Numbered from the whole stretch's first letter, positions 20,301-32,401 are shown. The stretch: 63,922 nucleotides of DNA, filler included, from Aduncisulcus paluster (GCA_024181965.1; 12 parts of 12 records of this genome joined end to end with filler, not necessarily neighbours in it); one strand, 5' to 3'. Numbers and translations: made by a program. Notes: generated from the letters alone by a model not told the origin.

Positions 20301-22202
20301 AGATGAGAGGATAGCCACAGGATTGCCCGATTTCTTAACAGAGAAACTACAAGAATAGACATCCTGAGAAAGAGAATTGGCAGAAGCATAGAAATCGACA
20401 TTGTCATACGTATAAGTAACATTGGCCTTAGCGTTGATACAATCCCAATTGTACAGAAGAGGAACGTACGACGGGAAGTCAGTCACCTCAGTTGTGGCCT
20501 CGTCAAAGGGTGGAAGAGAATCATGGTCAAAGTAGTCATTCTCTATCTGATCTCCTTTGCATGTACAATAAACGATTCGAATAGGGTACAAAAAGTCAAA
20601 ATTAAGAGAATATTTTTCCACTCCTTTCGATGAGAAGGCCATCAACGTTGCAGTATCATTGAGGGTGATTGTGAATGTCTCTTCCGCGCGCGCAACACTA
20701 AACAAAGAACTGAAGCTCACAGTAATAAGGATCTCATCGTGTCCTGATTGCTTCAAGTTATACAAAAGCTCTGCAGGAATGGCAAAGTAAGGAACAAACA
20801 TAGAAGAGCATCCAGTGGCCACATCAGACACGGTGTTTGCAGAATTATTGGCAAGTATCTCATCCAACTCGAGTGTATATTGATCAATATCTTCCTCTTC
20901 GATCTCAAGGGTAAAAGACGAGATGACACGACCCCATCCAAGGTACCACAGAGCACTCAGATCGACATTCAAATCCTCCCCACCGCCATTCTCACACACA
21001 CATATGGCAGAAGGGAGGAAGAATGGTGAGATCACTGGAGGATTTTGAGGGGGAAAGAGATTTCTATCCAGATACACTTCAAGTCCATCCTTAGAAAGCC
21101 TGCTCAATCTACTCACAATCTCAGAACTAAGGGACACAGTCATACCAGGCGATAACCAACTAGCATATCCAGGAGTAATGGTCATCTCTGTTCCTGCAGC
21201 GTTTCTGTTGCAATCCATTCTCTCGTGGAGGACACGTTGTCCATCCCCAGTGCCATTGAGATCACATGATCCAAAGTATGTATCCTCATCGAAAATTAGA
21301 GAACAATCAAACTCAAGAACATCGTCCTCGAGGCTATCCAGAGATACTGCGTTCTCGAAGGTTATAGTGAAAGTATTATTGTCCAAATCCACAGTAATAT
21401 CCTCGATTGTGGGTTCTTCTCCAACGGAACATCCATCTCCACTGTACCCATCCTCACATTCACATCCCCACTCACGACACATACCATGGGTGCTACAGTT
21501 ATTGTAACATTGGCAGTAAGTTCCATTATAGTTGGTCTGACAAGTGCATCCAGATCCATTTGAGACTCCAAACTGACATGATTCATCTGAGGTATAAACG
21601 GAACAAGTATTGCCACTGAAATTATCATTACAGGAACACACACCGGTGGACGTGTCACATTCTCCTCCTCCAATGGACTCTGAGCATCCATCAACACATT
21701 CATACTCATCACAATACGTCCCTCCGAATCCATCAGGACACTGGCATGTTCCAGCATAACAGAATCCACCATTCTCACAATCGGCATCACAGTCAACGAG
21801 AGGAGTACTCAAATCACATGACAATCCAACATATCCCTCGTCGCAAGAGCACTGTTGAACACCTGTCAGACTATCTCCATCACATTCCCCGTGGTCAGAA
21901 CAGTAGTTGAAGAAAGAACACAACGAATATGCGCATGTACTCTCAGTTGTGGACAATCCAACCTCAGGAGCGGACGAATCAGTGTCCCATCCTCCAATGC
22001 AGGTTGAACAATAGTCACCATCAAATCTTACACTACATGAACACACCTTTTCGTTGTTATCATTCAGGATACATTGACCAAATACACATGGTTCATCACA
22101 TTGATTTGCAGGGAGAGAAACCTTTGAAGACTGGGAACGAGCCTTAAGGTATAAAGAGAACTCAAACCCAACATCATCCGTGGAGGTCTCAGTTGAACAA
22201 CC
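17373..22202 (-). CDS. Large single-pass surface receptor: tenascin-type EGF repeats, long REJ/PKD-like ectodomain, one TM helix, short cytoplasmic tail; N-terminus missing
   Basis: CxCxxGYxGxxC repeats. About 1100 aa acidic beta-then-helical region. TM WIIIGSCTLGGLAVLGLIALFSISLF. Frame stays open to the contig edge. Confidence 0.8.
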   Translation of the reverse strand, partial: GCSTETSTDDVGFEFSLYLKARSQSSKVSLPANQCDEPCVFGQCILNDNNEKVCSCSVRFDGDYCSTCIGGWDTDSSAPEVGLSTTESTCAYSLCSFFNYCSDHGECDGDSLTGVQQCSCDEGYVGLSCDLSTPLVDCDADCENGGFCYAGTCQCPDGFGGTYCDEYECVDGCSESIGGGECDTSTGVCSCNDNFSGNTCSVYTSDESCQFGVSNGSGCTCQTNYNGTYCQCYNNCSTHGMCREWGCECEDGYSGDGCSVGEEPTIEDITVDLDNNTFTITFENAVSLDSLEDDVLEFDCSLIFDEDTYFGSCDLNGTGDGQRVLHERMDCNRNAAGTEMTITPGYASWLSPGMTVSLSSEIVSRLSRLSKDGLEVYLDRNLFPPQNPPVISPFFLPSAICVCENGGGEDLNVDLSALWYLGWGRVISSFTLEIEEEDIDQYTLELDEILANNSANTVSDVATGCSSMFVPYFAIPAELLYNLKQSGHDEILITVSFSSLFSVARAEETFTITLNDTATLMAFSSKGVEKYSLNFDFLYPIRIVYCTCKGDQIENDYFDHDSLPPFDEATTEVTDFPSYVPLLYNWDCINAKANVTYTYDNVDFYASANSLSQDVYSCSFSVKKSGNPVAILSSSLDFEARPVNLTVDPVENEEGYIISSASVHPDEMLEMKVESRYEMDQMSDENLDSKTIKYIWYLTDSDGRIAYYSNSHRLAFHVPEYVADQTEFNAYSVTWVNGDSDIGYYTHNGHITIQPGDVRDVNSLARKRGGLRVEIQGPSSIRLGERLEIKSRMIYYDKDGNSVSLSHMHDQMEGIHFKWSSEYLQDDELVELSIEGGLTGTSLSFTGEDADELYKGCNCSMLSFTLSVYREDIDDSTLVPIDTTATYFVNMERNLTFQNQLKYSSEYGVGTEASPFRCDAFEIELYDIHNVPCSYDMIKFDVDNNRYVCEEDGFEPGSLPLHVDDFEVLLDPIAYKERVPALMSVTVIHEGERVILIDNVSQIHQSVYVPCWAVMEEDETNSEVNINTYLASSAGSRWHTSESVFFMRGAFDIGYIGDSYDSLSSFQKEGKSILARTAAFLPSSRISLMDLRVHFDSFLMSEAISEYLLRFMGGLIESQDLLERALEDEASSEELNDIIAIGLYHAQGIIEFAYWFVGSLTNEDYYLHDMRNTNMYAGAYGLLCHALTVLHPIFHEIVEELPIDGGISANLEILEKIYNIASSHDLVLLRSPPARFDSMSNLNSVGLLLVELSNHLPAVNNYHSSYIAHYILAAIREYATCPYMVSTIGVYILSGVIENLYGWGYVKSSDIPSDFQLMLQSGPLYRHVILPMETPTGSMIKLGMEMENYSTGEAVILFDSDIRMWTFGFNLALSNVWYTYFKMTGITSDEFWDNAATLPIALTLKNGDGEKIACQGDSECIEVRHIAKDTVLADNLVTTIDTEETEYVVVYAAEASLPESEWYGNVLKNTPVYDSETNTWTFYIPGGGVYTVLKRSVVVRSVVKKWIIIGSCTLGGLAVLGLIALFSISLFQKKQKRLRKYRKDAKQSLDTPKEEEEHAVIPLDDSYKDMGGVMNELPDINDLESEYDSPSPDAETKKMKKVKKRKYIK

Positions 22203-22736
22203 NNNNNNNNNNNNNNNNNNNNNNNNNNNNNNNNNNNNNNNNNNNNTTAATTAATTAANNNNNNNNNNNNNNNNNNNNNNNNNNNNNNNNNNNNNNNNNN
22301 NNGTCAGCCGCCAGAGCTATTTTCCAAACAGCCCTCTCAAATGAACGTAGAAAGAATTTAATAGATTTAGATAGCGACGAAATGTGTTCATTATGTTGTA
22401 TTAGAGTATTTCCTTACGCCGAACGGGTATGTGCCATATGGTGTTCAATAGGTGTTGTCTGTGCAAAATAATCATTTTTTATTCACTATATTTTATCTGA
22501 TACAGGATTATGAAAGTCAATCTCAACAGTTATTTGGCATGAACATTGCTCATTCGCCTTTTTTGCAGAATTTCATTTTCCCTGTTGGATAAGTAAATTT
22601 ATAATTATTAAGGACTTTTATTAAGCAATAAACTGCCTAAATAGAAGAAATATTCCATTCAAATATTGATTTTACTCAAATTCCACCCTGAACATCCAAC
22701 AGACCCCGTTTTGTATCGATATGAAAGTATAACATT

Positions 22737-25700
22737 ATGGCTAAGCATAATTATGATTTGAGAGTACCAGAAAACCCACAATTATTCATTCGTGGTATAT
22801 TGAATCAACGATTTGTAACACTTTTAAGAATTTTGTTTGAAAAAGCCCCATTCGGAACATTAACAAGAGAAGAATTTTATATATGTATTGCACTAGCATG
22901 GGCAGATGTTCATTCTAGCCTTCCATCCCATCGCACTCCTGCTAGAAACCTCCGTGTGTCAATGTCTTCCCTTCTGCATGCTCTTCATGATATTGGTAGC
23001 CAACACTCCCATGGTGTTCTTGCTAGGCATACATTTACTCTATTTGAGGAAGCAGATATCGCACATGAAGGCGTTGTTCAGTGGGAGGGAGTGTGTTCAT
23101 TCTTGATCGATAGTGGAACCAGCAGCGTTGTAACAGTTGGTTGGCTTCCCCATGTATCGTGGCTCACATTCCCACCTCGTTGCTCTGTGCAGGATGGATT
23201 TGAAACAACTTGTGAATGTAAGGACAGAGCTATTTTCCTAATTTCGCGGAACAATCAGCTCGTAAAAATTAAAAAGATGACTCGTCAAGATATTCGAACA
23301 ATATCTGAAACCAAAGACGAATCTCCCGATAACGATAAAGAAAAGGGAGAAGAGATATTGTTTGATGAGGATGATCTGGATTATCAACGTGACAGGAAAA
23401 TAGTGTCGTCCTCGATAATTGAGCAAGCTAAGATTCTTGCTGGTACGATTCCCGGGCTGAGTCGTCCAATTACGCCCGTTAAGAATTCAAATGAAATATG
23501 GGGTGAAGAGCATGTCAAGATTCAACGGATAAAAACCGCAGGGAAATGTGTTCCAGTGGGAATGTGTGTAATTCTCCCCTTAAATGTACTTGTAACAGTT
23601 AGTTTTGATAGGTATCTTATGTTTTATGATGTGAAATCAATGAAATTAATCCTCAAACATCGACTAGAAACTCCTTTATTCTACCCTTATTATTGTCCCA
23701 ATATAAATGGATGTACCCATGCCCTTCTCTTATCCGACTTTAGTGGTGACGTTGTTGTATACGAATTATGTCAGGAAGAAGGGGTCAGGTTGGCCGTATT
23801 CCGGCATTCTGTCTTGTCTGCACACAAAGATTGGGTCACATGTCACACATGTATCAACGTTGAGAACGTTTTAGTGACTGGATCGCTTGATAGATACGTA
23901 TATATGTGGAATATTTCGACAGGGACCGTCCGAAGCCGAGGAGAAGGACATGCAAAAGCTGTAACATGTCTAACTTACGAACCAATCAGTAGGCAGCTTA
24001 TAAGCGGAAGTGTTGATCGAAGCGTTATCATGTGGAATCCAACATATGGAACCAAACTCTCCCAAATGACTGGATTCGAAGGTCCTGTCGCTGTTCTCAT
24101 GAATGTACCCACCCTTCCAGGTGTAATTGCTATCGATGAGTGCTGCTGTGTGTTTGTGTTCGACTTGAGATCACATACATGCACCCAGAAACTCACTCAA
24201 AGTTCATTTATGCGGAGTGGACTTGGAATTGTCACAGGAGCCAATTTGTTACCTCAATCCCACCCTCCAATTATCTGTATAGCATGTGAAGGTGGTATGC
24301 GAGGGCTCAAACTCCAAAACACCGATGAAAAACTTGTTGCCATAGATTCCCCTGTCTCATTCATCTCATATTCCTCACAAAAACAGAAAGTAGCTCTCGG
24401 TGGTGGCACTACGATTGCTCTATGGAGTATTTTGGGAGGAGAGAATGACATCCATCTTGCCCCTCCTCATGGTGTTGATGACGAAGTCACTGCTCTTGCC
24501 TTTGGACCTCGAGAACGTGTTCTTTTCGTTGCTTATTCATCGCATGTGTATGCGTTTTCAACATTGTCTGGCTCTGACGTGTTGTCTATTCCCTCCCATT
24601 GTGTTCCTCATTCAGATGACAAGCCAAGTCCAGTTTCTTTCATATTCCTCTCCCACCCCCCTGCAAGATTCCTCTGGCTTGGAAGCATTGATAAGAAACG
24701 AATTACTCTGACTCGGCTTAACAGTAGCAATCTTCGCGTGAGTCAGAGTATCGATATTCCAAACGGATACATTTCGATATCTTCGAACAGTCAGAGCGAT
24801 TTCATTTTAATTGGTTACGACAGGAAGTTATGGTGTTTGTACCAAGCTTCTACAGCACAAGTATGTAAGATCCAATTGGAGTTACCAGCTCAACACGGAG
24901 TCGTCACATGTGTTGAAGGAATTCCAATAGTATGTCTGTGTGTTCAAGAGTCAATCGTTATATTTCACGCTGAAACACTCATCCCTGTGTGTGAATTGTG
25001 TATTGACATTGAATCTCAGGAGAGTTTATTATCAAAGAGTGAAAGCAAGAAACATATGCAACAATCGAATGCCCAACAATCTGTCTCCCACACGACTCAT
25101 CACCATACTTCTCAAGGCAATGAATACGAATATGAATACGAATACGAGTATGAAGAAGAAGATCGAGAAGAAGAATTGCATGCTAAGAAACTATTTCCAA
25201 GAAACAAATCAAAACTCGTGCATTCTCAAGTTCGGTCAGCATCTATTGCTTCCATATCGTCTTCATCTTCTTCTTCATCGAATACAAGTCCCAAGACATC
25301 CAAACATGGCGAATCTTCATCTAAAGCATCAAAGAAAGACACTGGACAATCCAATGGAATGAATCATTGGTACTCTGGTTTCTTTAAGGATCCTCAGAGT
25401 CTATCAACATTTCAGAACGCATCCAATCATTCCCTTCAGATGCTTGTTAGAGGAATACAAGTTACAGCATCTCCGTTATGCTTCTCTCTTCTCCTTGATG
25501 ATGGTAGAGTCCTCCTTGTCGATGGCATGGAAGTCATGGAGAAACTCAAGGCTTACCATAGTAATCTTCGGCATGGAAGAGAACAACGATCAGTGCGCCC
25601 AAACGAGACCGATACGGATGAACCAACACCATCCGGTCGTCTCTCTTCTCGTGAAGCCAATAGTGCCTCCCAGCATCATGGAGTGCTTAAGTCCCGATTC

Positions 25701-28700
25701 GTTTGCTCTGCCCTCGGTATCATATCTATTCGTAGGCAATTCTCTTTGAACGTATCTGAGATACACCCTACTACCAACTCCAATGTCGAAATAATAGTAG
25801 AATCACACACTCATATTGTGTCCCTTCCCCTTATCAATGGTTATCGCGACTACCCCGTGTCTTGTGTGCCACTCATGGATGAAAGAGGCAGAGGGGAACA
25901 TGTTACTTCGCTTCTGGGACTTGAAGGGAAAGGAGAAGCCTTGAATGCACTGTCACAGGTTGCAAAAAGCAAAAGTATTGGAATGATTGGGCAAAAACAG
26001 AAACAAGAAACTCTCTCTCACCATTCCACTCTCTCTGTCCTGCAGACGTCTCAACCTAAGAAATTGAAGCCTTCTTCCAACAATCTTGCTCTTATTCACA
26101 GCAAACGGGGTCCTAAGGCCGCCACACTGAGTTCCTATGAAAAGTCTGATACCCTAAATGTTAGACTTCCTCCTTCTATTATCAACGACATTCAGCGTGG
26201 AGTGTATGGACATTTCAGTCATTGTGAGCTCCAAGGTATAGCAGGAATCATGGAAGAAGAGCTAAGAGCTCACGTTCGACGAGAAGAGAAGAGAGAAAGG
26301 AGGATAAATTGGGAAGAAACAATCACTGAATGGATAAAAGAGCAATTATTGCAGAGAGAGGCTGAAATGAGGGCTAGAATCAGAGAGCAAACATACAGGC
26401 ATTTTTCTCGATCAGCTTCAAGATCTCTCCTCACTGGGAGAAAGCTTTCCCCAGGGAGGATTCTGGACAAGCCATCTCTTTCTCAAGCCGCAAAGAGCCC
26501 AGAGAAATCTGCACTTGATAAAGCCACACCTGTGTTCAGAAAGCTTGCCAAATTGAGTCTTGATCTGAAACGTAAAGGTCGAACTGATGATTTGAAGCCA
26601 ATTCCAAAGCCTCCTTCCGCTGGTTCCTTCANNNNNNNNNNNNNNNNNNNNGTCTGATACCCTAAATGTTAGACTTCCTCCTTCTATTATCAACGACATT
26701 CAGCGTGGAGTGTATGGACATTTCAGTCATTGTGAGCTCCAAGGTATAGCAGGAATCATGGAAGAAGAGCTAAGAGCTCACGTTCGACGAGAAGAGAAGA
26801 GAGAAAGGAGGATAAATTGGGAAGAAACAATCACTGAATGGATAAAAGAGCAATTATTGCAGAGAGAGGCTGAAATGAGGGCTAGAATCAGAGAGCAAAC
26901 ATACAGGCATTTTTCTCGATCAGCTTCAAGATCTCTCCTCACTGGGAGAAAGCTTTCCCCAGGGAGGATTCTGGACAAGCCATCTCTTTCTCAAGCCGCA
27001 AAGAGCACAGAGAAATCTGCACTTGATAAAGCCACACCTGTGTTCAGAAAGCTTGCCAAATTGAGTCTTGATCTGAAACGTAAAGGTCGAACTGATGATT
27101 TGAAGCCAATTCCAAAGCCTCCTTCCGCTGGTTCCTTCATTGTTGGGACCACATGTGGTAGTGCTTACGTTATCACATTTAGTGAGGGAAAAGTTCTTTT
27201 GCAACACATCTTGAAAGAAAATGCTGTGAGAGCATCGTCAAGAGGAAGACCGTCAAGCAGATCACCTTCAAAATTCCCTTCAAAATTGAGTGCCAAAGAA
27301 CAAGACAAACCATCATTTGGAGCTTTATCTCCAGCCCCTGGGTCACAACAAACTGAAGGAGACCAAGAAGATGGACAAACAAGGGAGAGTATTCTCCTTC
27401 CTTCGGCTTCAGGAGCTTCCGTGACAATAATTTCAAAGAAACTCCCCTCTCATTCAACCAAGGGACATGGTCATCATACTAAAGGAACAATGAAGAAAAT
27501 ACGAAAACGAAAGAAAACTAAGACTTCTCACCCACATTCAAAGCAACCTCCTAAACAACATTTATCTCCAGCAAACAGTGTTATTCCTCTTGGTGGATCT
27601 ATATTCACACAGTCTTCTCTTGTCTCATTATCTTCATATTCCACTGCCTCAAATTCATCCTTACACTCCCTTGAAGAAGAAGAGAGACCAATTGTCTTGC
27701 CACCTTTGTTGTCCACTCCCAATGGTATTCTTGGGTCATTTACACGTTCTACGTCGGGATCTCCAATCGATTGGCGCTTTATTCCGCCCAGTCAACCCTG
27801 TTTACCCCTCAAACAACTCCTTTCCATGCTCGAGAAAGCTAGTCGTCTTGCACATGATTGTCACAGATGCACAGTCACCGGAGTTAAAGAGAGGGGAAGA
27901 CGTGAAGGTTTTAGAATGCTCCTTCTCTCAGTATTTTTCCCAGAGAGTGAAGAGATGAAGCTCAAACGAATTGAATTGGAAGGAGATAAAGAGCGGTGGA
28001 GAGAACAAGAAGAGTCTGAAATTGAGGATAGTGTCGCAGATTTGACATCTTCACGAAAGTCAGGACGGAAGAGTAGCCAATCTTCACGGTCTAGTCGAAA
28101 ACCTGATAATATCCGTGGAAAGAAAGCTAAAGAGAGAAAAGAATTCGTTTCTGCGCTCTCGAGCTCTCTTGAAAATGAGAACATTGGCCTTGGAGGGTTT
28201 TCATTTCAAGGATCCACTGCTGTCGAACAGCAATCGATCATCGAACAATATCGTATTGAGTGGGAGAAGAGGAAGAGAAGAAGTAATAGTGTTATGGCAA
28301 GGTCGAGGAATGACGATATGCCTGAATTAAAGGATTTTAAGCGTGAAAGAGGAGCTTCTTCGTCTTTGGCGAGATATTCGAACACTTCCTCTTCCTCTAC
28401 CTCTACCTCGTCATCATCTTTCCATCAACCGATGGAAGTAGTCAAGGAAATAGATGAAGCTGAGAGTGCAATTGAAGATCTTACGAAGAAAAAAGAATCT
28501 AGAATTTCCAAGAAGAAAATTAAGAGTTTATTGCGCCCAAAGAAGAAATCTTCCTTTACAATCCCACGTGTGACTCCAAGTAACCATTATGATTCGCAAT
28601 CAACATTGTCCTTGTCCTCTTCCTCGAGTGCTACCTCGACACTGAGCAGCACTTCTTCCACTTCCTCGTCAAGTGATATCTTCAAATCTGTATCCAGAAC

Positions 28701-29151
28701 TGGCGAAGTACTGATCCCTAACTTAAAATTGTCTGCAAATCTTGTTCATTCAGAATCAATGATGATGGGAAACAACCTTGCCAAGCAAGCATTGATTGAA
28801 AGAAGAAAAATATTGCGAAAAAGTAAGCAAAACAAGAAAGTCTCAAAGCGAAGTGTGAGTGCCATGGATGCTTTTAGACCAGGATTACGCTCAAGAAAAG
28901 GAGAAAACCCCCACGAAATGCCTATTATTACTGTCGATTATGATGATGATAGGGGGAGTAGTAGGAAAGGGAAAATTAGGAAAATCGCAGATATTCTCCT
29001 TCCAGATATATCAAAAGCAATGGAAATCGTACACAAATATGATCCTGAACAGCTTCCTTCGTCGAGGAAAGAAAAAGAACTTAGGAGATTGTCCACTTTG
29101 ACAGACTTATCCGAAAGTGCCGAATCTCAAAAATATCCCAAATTTCCTTGA
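22737..29151 (+). CDS. Large EF-hand-like/WD40-repeat protein (WDR49/WDR64/EFCAB8-like architecture) with a Ser-rich, low-complexity C-terminus; one gene split by a 20-N gap with duplicated flanks
   Basis: LFEEADIAHEGVVQWEGVCSFL (EF-like). WD40 repeats AHKDWVT...TGSLDRYVYMWN and GHAKAVT...SGSVDRSVIMWN. 26144-26631 is repeated at 26652-27139. Confidence 0.75.
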
Positions 29152-29406
29152 TCAACTCAATATTATAATACATTTATTTAAAGTTTGATATTTTTTGCGT
29201 CTAATTTTCATTATGTTGTTTAAATATTATTAAATATCATGAACTGTCCTCCAGAATTTTTTTTGAAAATTATGATATTTTCGTAATAAAAGCATCATAT
29301 TAGAGTGTTAGAAGATGACCAAGTCTCATATTTCACTTTCAAACACCCAAAAAATGAGCAAAAAATTCGATACTAATAATTAAAATACCATTATTTCTCA
29401 AATATA

Positions 29407-29479
29407 TCCGGCATGGTATAGTTGGTTAGCATGTGACGCTCTCACCGTCAAGACCCGGGTTCGAATCCCGGTGCCGGAA
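29407..29479 (+). tRNA. tRNA-Glu (anticodon CTC)
   Basis: Acceptor TCCGGCA/TGCCGGA. D-arm with TGGTATAGTTGGT. Anticodon stem TGACG/CGTCA with loop CT-CTC-AC. T-arm CCGGG-TTCGAAT-CCCGG. T-tract downstream. Confidence 0.96.
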
Positions 29480-29867
29480 AATTTATCTTTTCGTTCTTGA
29501 AGTTTTGAAAAATATAATGAATTATTTATTTCAATACCAATTTTTTATCATTTAAACTTCTTAAATATAGAAAAATCAGAAAAATTTACAAGATTTCCAT
29601 GAAATGACTGGTGGAGAACTTCAATAGCAAAAACGTTTCGTAAAACATTGAAAATGCAGGAAAAAAAATATTTTCGTGACAAAACAAAACAATATAATGA
29701 ATATTATCATCCAAAGATGATTGTTTTAGGTTGAGAAAAAGTCGCTTTGTTACTTCCCCAAATTTGTCGGAAGTCCCCAAAAGATGATATGATCTATAAA
29801 TAAATTCTTTCACTTTTCTTTTTTTCTTTGAGTATAAAATCAAGCTTAGTCTCATAATTCATACTAA

Positions 29868-30672
29868 ATGTCTGAAAAAAGCGGTCTTCTAGCCTTAATC
29901 TTCTGTATTCCTCCTATGGGGATCTTTGGTCTCCAACATTTCTACATTGGAGATATCTGCACCGGTCTTATCTATCTCTTTACATGCGGTATCTTTGGAT
30001 TTGGTTGGCTCTTTGATCTTTGCACGATCAGTGATAAGGTTGCAAGGAAGAATGCTATGAACAGAACCTATCACGTTCCCCCCACTGCTGTCCAAGTCAC
30101 TGGTGGCGCCCCGAATCCTCTTCTTGCCCAATTTGTTCAGAGCACTCTCACCCAACAAGCTGTTCAACAATCGCAACAAGCCCAGCTTACCCAACAACTG
30201 ATGCAGCAACAGAAGGAGACAATTGAGGCTTCTCGTCGGGAGAAAGAGTATCTTGCCAAGCAAGCCAGAGAAAAAGAGGAGCGCGAAAGGAAAGAAAAGG
30301 AGGAAAAAGCAAGAGAAGACAAAATCAGAGAAGAAATGAGGAAGGAGTTTATGATTCAACAGCAGCAACAGATGATGGCTCAACAACAACATTCCACACA
30401 GCAAGCATTTATGCAACAGCAACAACAAGCAATGTTGAGACAGCAACATGCTGCGGCAATCGCTAAACAACAGCGTGATCTTGCTATTCTCCAAGGACCC
30501 TCCACTGGAATGCCAACGGCTCCATACGTCCATCAAGAAATGCCAGCTTCAACCAGTGATATCACATTGCCAGCCTCAACTACTCTTCCAATTATGCCTA
30601 CTCCCACAGTTGGAATGGTTCCCACTCCAACTGGGATTTCGGGAAGCACCCCAGAAATTCATTCAATGCCCG
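29868..30672 (+). CDS. TM2-domain protein with Gln-rich coiled-coil and Pro/Thr tail; 3' truncated
   Basis: KSGLLALIF...GIFGLQHFYIG...GLIYLFTCGIFGFGWLFDL is the TM2 signature. Confidence 0.85.
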
Positions 30673-30840
30673 NNNNNNNNNNNNNNNNNNNNNNNNNNNN
30701 NNNNNNNNNNNNNNNNTTAATTAATTAANNNNNNNNNNNNNNNNNNNNNNNNNNNNNNNNNNNNNNNNNNNNACGATAAATTGTTTCAGTAAAATTGGGT
30801 TTAATTTGCGAGATTTTTGGGTGTTTTTTGGCTGAAAGAA

Positions 30841-31135
30841 CTAAAAGCTTAGGTGACTACCCTTGCTCTTTGGTTCTTTCTTTTGGATTAAATTCCAGCT
30901 GTAAGACGATACACAAGTCGCTTCTCTTATACACAGGCCTCTTCCAAGCCCACATAGAAGGGTAGATGCCCATCTACGTGATCTCTCTTCTCTGGTTCGG
31001 CCAGGTACCATGAAATCGGTTCCATTCCTCCGTACATGCTCAATAAACTCCCAAGCTTTCTCTCCAATGGCTCCAATTGTTGTCAAGGCGAAGGGTATCA
31101 AAAGATAGGGTTGGTGCTTTTTAGCACAGCCTCAA
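30841..31135 (-). mobile_element. 3' fragment of a non-LTR retrotransposon (restriction-like endonuclease C-terminus), 5'-truncated
   Basis: KKHQPYLLIPFALTTIGAIGEKAWEFI resembles the K..Y...F.P....G.....A..F tail of RLE-clade (CRE/R2/NeSL-like) ORFs. Confidence 0.5.
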
Positions 31136-31273
31136 TAATGACGCCATGAATCACTCGAATAATGACGGGGGAAATCAGAGGAATCAGAGTTGTTCTAAGA
31201 ACTTTAATTCTATATTCAACAAGTGAAATAACCCTGGTTGAAGATGTGAGATTCAAGCCTTGAATGCATAAAA

Positions 31274-32164
31274 TTAAATGTTCTGATCTTTCAATAAATG
31301 AGAGGTTCCACCTAAGACAGTGTCTTTCTTGATACGTAGATACGATCCATTGAAAATGGTTGAATGATAAAAAATAATAAGAAAGAAAACAACAAAGTAT
31401 TCGGTTCCATCGGCAAAAGACAGAACTCTCTTTCGATGATCATGGATCGTCGAATCATCTATATCTAGGGTGCTGAAATACAAAAAACTCAATCCAAACA
31501 AAAGTATTGAGATCAAAAGGCAAATAGAAATAATTATTCGGTATATATATAGCTTCTTGCTCTTATCTGACGATGTTAAAACTTGGGGTAATATTTCTTC
31601 GTCAATTGTTTGAATCCCTGCAATTGTTGAATTCATTTCGACAACATCAGGATCAAGGGATTGAGCATTATTATTTCGGTTTGGTCTGGAATTCCAAGTA
31701 ACACAAAAAACGAAAACCAAAGATGAAGATAGCATGCAATATAGTCCAAACATATGGAGAGTATCTTCCCATCTTTCACCTTCACAGTTAAATATAGATA
31801 CAAAAAGAGCACCTAATCCTGCACAGCAACAAAATACTATGAGAAAATATCCAACAATTCGTTTGGGTTTGCTGAAATTAGGTGACAAAAAGTAAAATTT
31901 GATGTGGAGAAATGAGAAAGGGATGAGAATAGCAGTTGGAATTGTTATGGAGAACGACAAAACTGAGATGGTGATTGGATTCTGTAATAATGCTGTTTCT
32001 GACAAAGTTGGAAGAGTATTTGATTTATCGGTAAAATGATAGTACAAAAAAATATTGACGAGCATCATAAGCTCAGCAATTAGGGTAATAAATGAGATTA
32101 TCGCAAATAGAGAAATTTTCCCGGGAAACTGCTTAATTCGATCTTGATTTTGGCGCAAACTCAT
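31274..32164 (-). CDS. Frag1/DRAM/Sfk1-family multi-pass membrane protein
   Basis: Six hydrophobic helices. LPTLSET, LHMFG and terminal EYFVVF motifs. Confidence 0.65.
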   Translation of the reverse strand: MSLRQNQDRIKQFPGKISLFAIISFITLIAELMMLVNIFLYYHFTDKSNTLPTLSETALLQNPITISVLSFSITIPTAILIPFSFLHIKFYFLSPNFSKPKRIVGYFLIVFCCCAGLGALFVSIFNCEGERWEDTLHMFGLYCMLSSSLVFVFCVTWNSRPNRNNNAQSLDPDVVEMNSTIAGIQTIDEEILPQVLTSSDKSKKLYIYRIIISICLLISILLFGLSFLYFSTLDIDDSTIHDHRKRVLSFADGTEYFVVFFLIIFYHSTIFNGSYLRIKKDTVLGGTSHLLKDQNI

Positions 32165-32401
32165 AATATCTTCAAAAAATGATAAAATAAATGACCTCAA
32201 TGTGAATGTTATGACGGCCAATTAAAATAAATCTGATCGTCATGATTAAAGGTAATCCATAAAAGAAACGCACATTTTAAAATGGGGAAAAGTATTTATT
32301 CTTCCTAAAAATTTAAAATTATTTCATTTTGAACTTGATCTCTATCAACAATACAAGAGATATCAAAATTGATCCAAAGCATGCCATGCTTTAACCAGTG
32401 G

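Noticed and set aside
26710-29151. Separate 813-aa gene
   Set aside because: It is the continuation of the WD40 gene after a duplicated gap flank.
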